DNA of 64,000 nt from Geosiphon pyriformis uo1. Lineage: Eukaryota; Fungi; Glomeromycota. Position numbers and translations under genes: made by a program. The notes below the pieces were generated by a model. The model did no database searches. It saw nothing but the letters and a program-made list of their open reading frames with translations, and was not told where the DNA came from. Positions 27,406 to 39,580 of the stretch are shown here, piece after piece; position 1 is the stretch's first letter, and each line of letters opens with the position of its first letter. The stretch is from the NCBI GenBank assembly GCA_016748015.1, contig JAAOMT010000275.1, positions 62,001 to 126,000 on the forward strand. Reading direction: 5' to 3'.

Positions 27406-28598
27406 ATGAACAACCACCTTTACAAAAACCTCAGTCAATACTTGGAAACACTATAAATAGACGAAGAAATGCCAGTAAAAGAGCTAATTAAGCTCCAAAA
27501 ATTAGCAAAACACTATTTCATCCAAAATCACATACTTTATTACCGGAATCNNNNNNNNNNNNNNNNNNNNACCAATCCACAACGTTACCACCCAGGAGCA
27601 TCACCAAAATCAACCTAAAAATAGCGGTTGAAATTCTGCCAGGAATAATGGTTCAAATGGCGTCGCAATCAAGCCTCGCGAAAAAAGGAATAAGCATTCA
27701 AGAAGGAGTAATTGACTCCGGATACACTGGAAATTTGATGGTTTTGCTACAGAACAATTCAGAAAAGCCTTATACCATTGAATCTAAGGAAAAGATTGCA
27801 CAAGCAATTTTCCTACCATTGGTAAAAATTGGGAAATTCGTGCCAGTGGAAAATTGTGAGGAATTGTCACAAACAACAAGAGGAACTTTTGGTTTCGGAT
27901 CGACAGGAAAAGGAATTGAAGCGAATTTCACTGAAACAATAGGGGAAAAAGGCGAAGTAATTAAAAATGAGCGGNNNNNNNNNNNNNNNNNNNNTGAAAT
28001 TCCGCCAGGAATAATGGTTCAAATGGCGTCGCGATCAAGCCTCGCGAAAAAAGGAATAAGCATTCAAGGAGGAGTAATTGACTCTGGATACACTAGAAAT
28101 TTGATGGTTTTGCTACAGAACAATTCAGAAAAGCCTTATACCATTGAATCTAAGGAAAAGATTGCACAAGCAATTTTCCTATCATTGGTAAAAATTGGGA
28201 AATTCGTGCCAGTGGAAAATCGTGAGGAATTGTCACAAACAATGAGAGGAACTTTTGGTTTCGGATCGACAGGAAAAGGAATTGAAGCAAATTTCACTGA
28301 AACAATAGAGGAAAAAGATGAAGTAATTAAAAATGAGTGGTCCATCACGCTTCTACCATATGGAAAATCAGAAATAAGAATAAAAAGGACAATTAAAGAA
28401 AAAGACCTAATATTTGAGCCCTATCCAGAAACTTNNNNNNNNNNNNNNNNNNNNGATGAAAAAGAAACTATCTTATTTAACATGCACTCAGATATTCATT
28501 CAGGCCACTTTGGAAAAACAGCAACCATCCAATGTGCAACTAGCCGTTACTATTGGCCAAAAATGAGCTCAGACATAATCCAATACATAAGAAATTAA
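27406..28598 (+). pseudogene. Family B integrase N-terminus only, interrupted by N gaps and misplaced dUTPase contigs; core deleted
   Basis: MNNHLYKNLSQYLETL at 27406 and ETILFNMHSDIHSGHFG...YYWP at 28455-28598, followed by a direct junction to the pre-PPT region. Confidence 0.75.
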
Positions 28599-28624
28599 CT
28601 TCGATTTCGATGGAGCTCAATCTT

Positions 28625-28636
28625 GAAAGGAGGGGA
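28625..28636 (+). promoter_or_regulatory. Polypurine tract
   Basis: GAAAGGAGGGGA 3 nt before the 3' LTR. Confidence 0.85.
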
Positions 28637-28639
28637 TAA

Positions 28640-29497
28640 TGTTACAGTTTAAGAATTTAGAAAAAAGAATCATAAAAATAATACAAACTATTCAATCATA
28701 ATATAACACAGTAATAATCTTAAAAAGGTAATGATTAACATAGTAGCAAACACCATCTCGCGATAGTGGCAAGCACCAGTTCACAATAGCAGCCAACACC
28801 AACTGGTGATAGCAGCAAACACCAGGTTGAAATATCAAAAAGAAAGTATTTTCTCGTAGAACTACAAACATGTATATATACAGTAGTTTTAATATTGGGA
28901 AATAAAAAAATCAAGTAATAAAAATCATAACTTATCAAGCAATAGATCCAATTTTATCCAACAAACTCCACTTTAAATCATACTTTCAAATTAAATATTC
29001 CAAGAAACCTTTAAAAATCAAAAAGAAATATTTAAAACTGAACTATCACAACCCAAAGTATTAAGAAACTTACTTGTATTATTTATTGAATGAAACTATC
29101 ATTCATCAACTGAAACCCTTGGAAGAATAATCCTTGATCAAGATTATTCATGTTGTTACTAATTGATAAAAGCTTTATTGTGAAAATTAGAAAAGCGCTA
29201 AAGACCATTAACATTCTGTGTTTCTAGATTAGAGAAACACATCAGGCAATTGCAAGGATAGCCTCAGAGAAGACCCCAGACAGTGGGTAGATTTCAGTTC
29301 AGCCTCTGAGAAGAAGTACATAAACACACACAACAATCAAGAATTAAAGAATAACTTACATTGCAACAGTAAAAAGAAAGCCTTCAGTGTAACAGTGACA
29401 CTATCACATAAATAGAATTGAGGAACTCACGAAAGACTGATTGCAATTAAAGCGGGATATCAGCAATTAAATATAACAAGAAAACCATCCTGTAACA
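28640..29497 (+). repeat. 3' LTR, family B
   Basis: 858-bp direct repeat of 20451-21309. Confidence 0.95.
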
Positions 29498-29501
29498 GTG
29501 T

Positions 29502-29934
29502 GAAACCCTTGGTGATGGCTCCCAATTCTCTTGATGATTCTGGTTTGGCTGACCATATGGCTTCTTTAAAACACTCTATAGAGCTTTTGTTGAATTAAAT
29601 TTCTGAGATTTTGAGAAAATTGAGCTTTGTAGAATTGGTGCCATTGTCATCTCTATCTTGTGTTCTTCCTCTAATTGTTATCTCTTCTTCAGACTCAGCT
29701 CTGAATTCAGATATGGTTGTAGATAGTATGGTAGTGTTTTCTTCTCTTTCTCCTCCAGTGGTTGGAAATGCTGGTCCTGAATTAAGTTTAAGCAGTTTGA
29801 AGATTCTTACCACCAAGATGAGTGGTTTGGAATCGAAAATGACAGCTTTGGAAGTTTTGGTCAGTTCAGTATTGGCAAGATTGGACTTTTTGTGTTCTAG
29901 TTTGGGTTTATCAGCTTCTCCTCTTTCTCAATGA
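29502..29934 (+). pseudogene. LINE B ORF1, 3' part (coiled coil)
   Basis: Continues ORF1 after the GTGT TSD; LESKMTALE...RLD..SQ*. Confidence 0.85.
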
Positions 29935-32900
29935 GTGGTTTAGTTTGGAAAGTTGCTATTTGTAATGTTAAAGAAATAAACAATTCTGCAAAACAGGATA
30001 ATATTATTTGTTGGCATAAGGATATGAACAATTTGATCTTTATTGTTACTGAAACTAGGTTAAAAGACAAAGTTCATTCTTGGATAATGAATAAGTTTAG
30101 TGGTGTTTAGGTTTTCACTTCTGGTTTAAATTCTGGTCATATGGGCTTTAGTGTTGTGATTATCATAAAAATTTCTCTGGCATGACATGTGTGCAAAGTT
30201 TCTGAGGTACCTGGTCAGCTCCTGTCTGTTAAGTTGCTCTTCAAAAATAAACTTTCTGTATCAATTTTGGGGCTATACACTAGTGTTTCTTCAGTGGTTC
30301 GGTTTTCTTAAGCTAGTAAAATCAACTCTTTTATTGCAAAGGCCATAAATGAATCTTTTTTTGTTATTCTTGGTGGAGATTTCAATAAAAATGGTCTGCA
30401 TAAATGTGCTAGTTTTAAAAGGTGTCTTGATCTGGGGCTAGTCAATTCTTTGCTTGGTAGTTTGGTAGTGAAAGTTTTCACATGAGAGAATTCAAGGAGT
30501 GTAAAAAAGACAATTGATTATATATTGGTTTCTTCTAATTTGGTCAATGCAGTTTTAGAATGCAGTGTTGTGGATATTAGTGAATAATTTAACACTAATC
30601 ACCAAGCCATTTTTGTGTTGATAGGTCTGGGTGGTTTGCTGAATGTGCAGTTAAACTCTTTTCATAAGCAGGTTAATAAGAATTGTTAGAAGTTTGATTT
30701 CAAGGGTGCTGATAACAATAAGTAGAAAAATTTTAAAAATGCCACATTGGCCAATGCTGGGATGTTCTTTGACAAGTTTGTTACTGCTGTCAAGTTCTCA
30801 GATCTGGATGCCATGTGAGATGTTTTACATAGAATAATAACTCTCTTGGCAAATAAGATATTTAGAAAGAAATAGTTCAAAGATTTTGATAGTGTTTTTA
30901 CCAAAGTTTTTTCAAAGTTTTATAAGTTGGAGCTTTTGGTTTTAAAAATTGTCAAGGCCTTTTGTGAAAGGAGTATTGTTAGTTTTGTCTCCCTTATAAA
31001 GTACTGGAACTCTTTGAACAGTATTAAGGCCTCAGTTGTTCAAAATCTCATTAACTCTAGTGTGACCTCTAGTCATGTTCATTCTGCTTTCTCTGGCATA
31101 AGAAAGTTTTATTGTGCATCCAAGCTTGCTGAATTTCTAACAACTAAGGAAGCAAACATTAGAGCTGCTATAGATAAAAGAATGGAAAGCTTCAAGATGA
31201 ATAAGAGTCATACTATTAGGAGTGTTTTGAAGTGTCTTTTCTGCAAAGTGGTTTTGGATTATCTGGTTGTTGATGATGAGCTTATTTTGGAGCCCAGTTT
31301 AGTTAAATCTAAAGTAGACATTATTATAGAAGGTTGGACCAGGAAGCATAGTATGGTTGCTGATGTCTCTGATATTTGGTCTTGTCAATATTGGCTGTTA
31401 GATTATGTTTTTGATAAAGTCTTTTCTGGTGTAATGCATTCAGTTAAGTTTAGTGAACTGCTTGATGTGATTTTCAATCTGTCTGATGGCAAAGCTGCTG
31501 GTCTTTCGGGTATCATGAATGAGCTTTGGAAACATTGTGACAAGTCAATTCTAGATATGCTTTTGGTGCTTTTGAACTTTTGTTTATCTTGTGAATCAGT
31601 GCTCAGATCTTGAACAGAAGCTTGGGTCTCAATGATTCCTAAACCTTATGAGTAAGAAGGTGTTTTTACAAATACCTGCCCTATTGCTTTAATCAAAACA
31701 GCTTGCAAGATTCTTACCAAGATTCTTTTTGACAAGATTTTTTTAACATGCAGCACTTTTGATGTTTTTGTAGAGACAATTTTTCAGTTTTGAAGAGTAT
31801 GACAACTTAGTCTCCTATTTTTGCAATTGAATTGGTGGTTGAAAATGCATTAGAAAAGAATCAAGAGCTCTGGCTGGTTTTGTAGGATATGCAAAAAGCA
31901 TACAATTTAGTCAGCTAAAAACATCTCAAAAAAAGTTTGGTCAGGATCAAAATGTGTAGCAAGTTTATTCAGTTTTTTAGTGATATTCATAAAAATTATA
32001 CCAACAGGGTGATAACAGACTTTGGATTGATGGATGATTATTGTGTGCATGATGATTTAGATCAAGAGGAGGTCTTTTTTCTTCTTCTGTGGCATATATT
32101 TTATGATCTTTTGCTGTGCAAAGTCAAGAAACAAGAAAGCATGTGTGGTTATAGTTTAAGTTCTCATTTTATTTCAAGGAATAGTCATGCTGAGTCCCAG
32201 GCTGAACTTTCTTCTTTTTTTGCTGCTGGTGCTTTTGTTGATGATACAATTTGAGTTGGTAGTAGTCAGACAGCTACTCAATATATTTTTAACATTGCTA
32301 ATAAATTTTTTTGGATAAATAACATTTCTATTAATAATAAAAAAACAGTGGTCATTCTTATCAATAGCAGAATCAGCAATCCTTCTCTTTCTATCAGTGG
32401 CTCACCAATCTCCATTGCCAAAAAGGGTGAATCTTATTATTATTTGGGTATTTTTCTATTAACTGAGGGATTATCAAAGCCTAGTTTGGTGAAGACAAAT
32501 TCAGATATTCGTTTTTTTACCAATCTGGTTCTGAAAAAGACTGTTTCAGATAAGCAGTTTTTATATTTAGTGTCAGCAGTTCTTCATCCTATAGTTAGTT
32601 ATAGGATGCAGTTCAGCTTTGTTTCTATTGGTATGTGTAACAAATGGGATGCTTTGATTCATAAAGACTTAAAGTTTAAATCCAGTCTACCTCTTAATTT
32701 TCCTAGTGATACAATTTATCACCCTCTCTTTTATGGTTTGAAGTATTTTTTTCAAGTTTAGTCTAAGAGCAAGATGATTTCTCTTGTTAGTTTTACAAAC
32801 TCTGATGGTGTCCTGGGTTGTTTGTTTTCTTACAAGTCCCATGACTTGCAAATTCTGTGCTGACATTCTGTTTATTCTTTGAGTTCTCTTGTGTGTATTC

Positions 32901-34616
32901 CTGTTAGTACTTCTAATAACTTTCTGGTAGGCATGGTTTGCATTTTTTTTGATTGCAATTTGTCTCTGAGTGGCTTTTTGGCCAATTTCTTTTGGTTTTG
33001 TGGTGGGGTCCCTATGTTTGCTGTTCTGGTGAGTCACAGTTTCTTAGGTTTTTCTCTTTTCTCTAATAGTATGGTATTGTCTTTGTGGATCAACTTTATG
33101 ATCATTATAGTTCTGTCTTTAATTGACACACCTTTAAATGTTGGAAGAGATTAGACCTCCATGGCTCTATTTCTGAATGGTTCAAGCTTTCTGTTGTGTA
33201 TCTTGATGATAAAAGTTCCTCCTTACTTATCCTTCAGTTTTGAATAGTGTTGGTTCTTTGAACATTCTTGAATCTCATAATTTTGTTTCTGTCTGTAATT
33301 GTCTCTTGCAAGTTGATGCTGACAGTTTGTCAGTGTATACAGATGGGTCCCTTAGTGGTCTGGGCACAGTTGACTGTAGAGCTGGCACTGCTGCTTTTTT
33401 CAAGGACATTAATTTGGATTTGGGTATTAGTGTGTCAGATTTGATATTATCTACTTTGGTGGAGTTGCAGGTTATTGCACTGGCTTTGGAGAGTGTTCCT
33501 TCACTGAGCTCTGTTAAATTGTTTTCAGATAGTCAATCTGCTCTAAATGCCTATAGGTCAGAATTGGATCTGGCATGTCCTGACTTTTGTAATCAGTATT
33601 GGGTCAAATATCATCATATTGTCAATGTTATTTACAGTAAGAATCTGAAAGTCAGCTAGCATAAGGTTAAGAGTTACTCTGAGGTTTTAGGAAATGAGTG
33701 TGCCAATGCAATTGCTGGTGATGCTTTTCTTTCTAGTTGGTATCTTCCTCCCTGCTTGGGTAAACAATTCATAAAGGCTGATGGTAGTGTTGTTTCTGAG
33801 AATTCTAATCATTTTGTCTATGATATTTATCAGTTAGTTTGTCATGCATGCTGGGAGGTTGGTTCTGGTTCTAAGTTTTTGGCAAACAGTTTGCTTTTTG
33901 AGGTTGATTGGCTCTATTTATCTTTGGTTTGGCACCCTAATTTGCACATAGCCACCAGTTTCATCAGCAGACCCTCAGCTAATGCACATACTTATTTCAT
34001 GAAAGCTTTGCACTACCAGTTGCCAGTTGCTGTTCAGAAGTGCCTTTATAATAGATTCTATCCAAGTGTGTTGTGTTTATATTATGGTGATGTGGAGGCA
34101 TCAGATCATGTGTTCTCTTATAAGATCAATAATTCTGTTTAACATCAGTTATTGGAATTCCATGTAAACTCCTGGAAGGTGGTTTTTAGTTTCTCTCATT
34201 TTTTTTCAAGCATATTACAACTGTTGTCATCCTGTGTTTCTGACTCCTCTTTGTCTATGGCTCTTTATAAAGGTTTTGTTTTTAATGGTTGGTTTCACAA
34301 GGCAGTCACTGTCTTTCAAGATTCCAAGATTGCTGGTTTGGAGATTGTCAAATTTGTGTGCTTTCTTAGTCTTGCTTTTAGAAGTAATGTCTAGTCAGTT
34401 TATATTAAACATTGTGCTTATATGGAAAGGAATAGGTTGATTCTTTTTGATGGCTCAGTTCTCATCTCAGTTTTTGGTTTGGCTTTGGAGTTGTCAGTTA
34501 GAGTGGTCAAATTGCTTAGCATTGCCAATGCTTTTGGTGTTTGTTTTGGTTTTTGCAAATCTTGTTTGTTTTTTTTAGGCATAAGTAACTCAGTTTCAGT
34601 TCACATAGCTGCATAA
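29931..34616 (+). pseudogene. LINE B ORF2 (APE-RT-RNase H-zinc knuckle)
   Basis: WKVAICNV, TET, GGDFN, TIDY; AFVDDT; YLG; VYTDGS, ELQVIALALE, SDSQ; DHVFS. Confidence 0.9.
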
Positions 34617-34888
34617 TGTTGTTCTGATCAGCCTGAGTGGCTGGTCACGTGTAGAAAATGCATGATTTATGTCTAGTTTAGATCATTTTTTTGATGTATA
34701 GCACTAGATAGTGCTTGAATTTCACTCATAAAACAAATAAAAAAAAAATCTTATTATATTTTTTTTTTACGTTTATTGAGTGAAATCCAAACACAACCTA
34801 AAACTATACATTAAATAATTGATCTAAATTAGGCATGAATCATGCACTTTCTACACGTGACTAGTCACTCAAGCCAATCAAAACAATA

Positions 34889-37800
34889 CTATGCACCTAT
34901 ATGAACAGAAACCGCATTTAAAGTACCTGAAACAAACAAACTAAATTTGCGCAAACCAAACCTAATGCCAAATGCATTATCAATACCCAACAATCTGACA
35001 ACTCCAGCCGAATACAGAGAAGACAAACCAGAAATAGAAACTGGCACAGAACTGTCTCGAGGAATTAACCCATGCTTCTCCATAAAGGCATGATGTTTGA
35101 CACGGACCAACCAAACTTCATCTCTAAAAGCTAGGCAAAAATTACAGACAAAGTCCACAATTTTTGCACCAGCAAGTTTCAGATCACCAAAAACAGAAAC
35201 TGCCTTAAAAAACCAATTATTAAAAACAAAGCCTTTGCATAGAGCAACACAGACTGAGGTGTCAAGAATACACAAAGAAAAAGTTCACAGCATGCAAAAA
35301 GAAGGGCCACAAAGACCAGAAATGCCTTCTCATTTAACCGCAAAATCACCAAGCAGCCGATCACAATTAGCAAAGTCAGAATCACAAGAAAAAACATGGT
35401 CCGAGACCTCCACACTTCCACAAAACAAGCAAACCACACTAGAGTAACTCCTATCATAAAGGCATTTGCAAACGGCCACAGGCAGTCTATGATGCAAAGC
35501 TTTCATAAAATACATGTGCAAGCCAGCAGTCTAAATACTGGTGAAGCCAGCAGCCATGTGTGAATTGGGATGCCAGACAAAAGAGGACCTGCACCAATCA
35601 ATATTTGTGAACAATTTGCCAGTGACAACCCTATTACCCGAACTGAAACCCCAATGCGAATGATGAATAGACTAATAAATGTCATGCACAAAATGCCTAG
35701 AATTACCCAAAACCAGACTACTACCAGCCAGGATAAACTGCTCATCCAGCTGGGGGGGAAGAACAAAATCAGAAAGAGCTGCACGGCCAGCCAGATCATC
35801 AGCCTGGTCATTACCTACAACACCAGAATGTCTTTTAATCTTACACCAGCTGACATCTAATCTTTTAACATGAACAAAACCAGCAATATGATGGTGCTCC
35901 ACCCAACAACTATTCCAAAAATTGGGATGCACAAAACCCAATTCCGACCTGCAAGTGTCCAACGCGGCCTGACTATCTGAAAATAAGCTAACTTTGCTAA
36001 CTGTAGGAACACACTCAAGAGCAAGTGCAATAGCTTGCAATTCCACCAAAGTAGATGACAACAAACCCGAGACCTTAACACCTAAACCCATATTAATATT
36101 ATTAAAGAAAACCACCACACCCGATTTAACACTGAGAGTGCCCAAACCAGCCAAGGATCCATCAGTATAGACCAAAAGGCTATCAGCACCCAATCCCAAC
36201 AAACGATTATGAACCAAATCAAAATCAGTGGATTCCAAGACACTAGAAGCAGAAGAAATGCTTACTGAACAGCCATGAACAGAAGAAGATGACCCCACAC
36301 CACCAAGATAACCAACAGAGACACCAAACCAATCAGAAATGGGGCCATGCGGATCCAGCCTTTTCCAACACTTAAAAGTTTTCCAGTCAAAAACACCACC
36401 ATTGCATTGACGCAATTGTTCCACAAAGGCAATTTTATACTACCGAAGTGAGGAGAAACACTTAAAAAATTTCACCTCCCCAAGAACCAAAGACATGGGA
36501 GTTCCACAGAAGAATCAGAATGCACTGGGGCTGGAACTACTAAAGGATAAGCTGCAGTTGGCAAAAATATGAACCACACCTGCCAGAAAATTGTTCGAGG
36601 GATTTAATTTTAAATAAACTGGGGAGACCAAAGAGTGCACAGGGCACCAGCTCAAAGTTTGTAAGTCATGAGACCTATAGAAAAACAACTGACCCAGGAT
36701 TCCAACAGCATTGGCAAAATACACTATGGATGCCAACTTACTCTCAGCCTGAATCTGCTCAAAAGTCTTTAAGCCGTAAAGGAATGGATGATAAAGAGCA
36801 TCATTGGGAAAGTCTAAAGGAAGACCTGCCTTGGATTTGAAGCCTTTACAAATCAGAGCATTCCATTTACAGCAAACACTAAGTGGAACAAAACTAAACT
36901 GTGTTCTATAACTAACGATGGGTTGAAGAACCGCCAAAACCAAATACAAAAACTGCTTATCAGAGATGGCCTTTTTCAGGACAAGATTGGTAAAAAACTG
37001 GACATCCAAATGTGTCTTGGCCAAACTGGGCTTTGACAAACCATCCGTAAACAAAAAGATGCCCAAATACCGGTGAGGTTCCTCTTTCTTGACAATAGAA
37101 ATTGGTGAACCACTAATTGTCAGAAAAGGGCTCACAACCCTACAGTTAATGGGAATTGCCACTGTTTTGTCATTGTTAATTGAAATATCATTAATTCTAA
37201 AAAATTCACTAGCAACATTGAGAATGTGTTGTGTTGCAGTCTGACTGCAGCTGACCCAAATTGTATCATCCACAAAAGCACCAGCCACAAAGAAAGAAGA
37301 AAAACCAGCTTGAGGTTCAACATGGCCAGTCTTAGCAATGAAATGAGAATTCAACCTATATCCACAAAATTCTTCTTGCCTCTTGACTTCACACAAAAGA
37401 GAATCATAAAATATATGCCAGAGAAGAGATGAGAACACTTCCCTTTGATCGAGACTATCATGGACTTGATAACCATCAGTTAAGCCAAAGTCAGTCATTA
37501 CTTGGTTGACTCGGTTATTGTAAATGCCACCAAAAAATCAAATAAACCTGCCACACATCTTAATCCTAATTAGACTCCTTTTCAAATGCTCCCAGCCAAC
37601 AGAATCATAGGCCTTCTTTATGTTCTGCAATACCAGCCAAAGCTCACAGTTCTTTTCCAGAGCATCCTCAACCACAGAGCCAACAGCAAAGATAGGAGAC
37701 TGTGTCGTCGTGCCCTTTAAAACAGAAAAATTGTCCCCACGGAGAACATTGTGAGTACTGTATGCCAAAGAAATCCTGTCTGAAAAGATCTTTGAAAGGA

Positions 37801-39580
37801 TCTTACGAGTGGTTTCAATCAAAGCAATGGGTCAGGTGTTTGTAAGAACTCCCTCTCATTCATAAGGTTTGGGGATCATAGACACTCAAGCTTCTCTCCA
37901 AGGACCAGGAACTGACTCACGGAGCAAACAAGAGTTCAAGAGCATTAACAACATATCCAGAACCAATTCGTTATAATGCTTCCAAAGCTCATTCGAAATA
38001 CCAGACAAACCAGCAGCTTTATTATTAGGCAAGTCCGACACAACACCAAGCAATTTAACAGAACTAATAGGGTCCATTATTTTCGAAAATGCCTTATTAA
38101 ATATGTACTCCAAGGGTTGGTACTGGCGACACCAATCAGCAGAAACATTAGCAACCAACTCGCATTTTCTGGTCCAGTCTTCCATGATAACATCCATCTT
38201 AGATTTAACCAAACTAGGATCCAAAACCAGTTCATCATTGACAACCAAATGATCCAAAACCACCTTGTGAAAGGGATGCTCTAGCACACTTCTAATTGTA
38301 TGACCCTTATCCACCTCAAAACTTTCCATCCTTCTACTAACTGCTGATCTGATACGAGATTCTTTAGCATGCTTTAACTCGGACAATTTAGAGGAATAAT
38401 ACAACTTCCTGACTCTGAACAAGACAGATCTTATGACCTTAAAATGTGACCCCGAAAGAAAAAGAGACTCCACCACAGAAGCATTTGTAGTGTCCAACAA
38501 ATTCCACATACTCAGTAGTGCAACAAATTCCTCAGAAGAAACCAAACATAATGTCTTAACTAGTTTAGACACCAAAAGTTCTAGCTTGTGAAACTTAGAA
38601 GATTCTTTAGTAAACACATTATCATAACCCTTGAACCATTTTTTTTTGAAAATATTACTTGCTGATAAGCACACAATTTTGCGGATGATGTCCCACATAG
38701 CATCCAGATCCAGAAACAATAGAGCAGCATCAAACTCGCACTTAAACATTGCTGCAGTAACAGTAGAAGATTCTTTGAATGCAGCCCATTTGGCAGCCAT
38801 AGCATCCTTAAAATTGAACTTCCACTGATCCTTGTTCACCTGCTTGTGAAGAGACATCAAATTAATGTCCAAGAGACCACCCAGGCCCACGGAAACAGCA
38901 ACAGCCCTATGATCAGTATCAAAATATTCATCAACCCTGGTTACACTTCGATCTAAGATAGTGTTGACCAAGCTCGATGACATGAACACGTAATCAATAA
39001 CCTTGGCCACCCCTCGAGAATTGGTCTAAGTCGTATTCCTCCCAAACAAACTCCCTCTCAAGACATTGACCAAACCCAAATCAAAACATTTCCTGAAACT
39101 AGCACACCTGTGAGAGCCATCTTCATTGAAATCACTGCCCAATATCATGAAAGATGACTCATTAACAGCTTTAGCAATTAAAAAGTTTATCTCATCCACT
39201 TGTAAGAACTGCGCGGACACTGAAGCACCCACATACAAATCCAGAATCGACACTGAGAGCTTATTTCTGAAAAGCAACTTGACAGACAAAAGTTGTCTAG
39301 GAACCTCAACAACTTTATATACATGTTTTGCCAGAGTGTTGTTTATAATGATCATCACACCAGAACCAAGGTAACCAGAATCCAAACCAGAAACAAAGAC
39401 CCGAACACCATCAAATTTATTAGCAATCCAAGGCTGAACTCTATCTTTTAACTTTGTCTCAGTAACAATTGAAACCAAATTGTTCATATCTCTGTGCCAA
39501 CAAATAACATTATTTTGCTTCGCAGGATTGTTCAACCCACAAACATTACACGTAGCAATCTTCCATACCAGACCACTCAT
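34889..39580 (-). pseudogene. LINE C ORF2 (APE-RT-RNase H-zinc knuckle)
   Basis: KIATCNVCGLN, TETK, DFNE, VIDY, DTDH; KKAYDSV; AFVDDT; RYLG; VYTDGS...HSGVVGNDQADDLA; CLFCG..VSDHVFSC. Confidence 0.92.

Larger units (their letters stand above)
20451..29497 (+). mobile_element. Ty3/gypsy LTR retrotransposon, family B (dUTPase-bearing), young, internally deleted and partly mis-assembled
   Basis: LTRs at 20451-21309 and 28640-29497 are ~99% identical by eye. Perfect 4-bp TSD GTGT, PBS, PPT and gag-pol in one frame. Confidence 0.95.
18809..34748 (+). mobile_element. LINE copy B, full length, interrupted in ORF1 by LTR element 2
   Basis: 5' UTR homologous to A and E. ORF1 spans 18937-20450 plus 29502-29934 and ORF2 spans 29931-34616. 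Followed by a 3' UTR and poly(A) at 34739-34748. Confidence 0.93.

Noticed and set aside
27551-28454. Apparent tandem triple dUTPase in family B (ORF 27648..28598)
   Set aside because: Each extra piece is bounded by 20-N gaps. 27571-27974 duplicates ~25287-25690 and 27995-28434 is a variant from another copy, so this is a scaffolding artefact.
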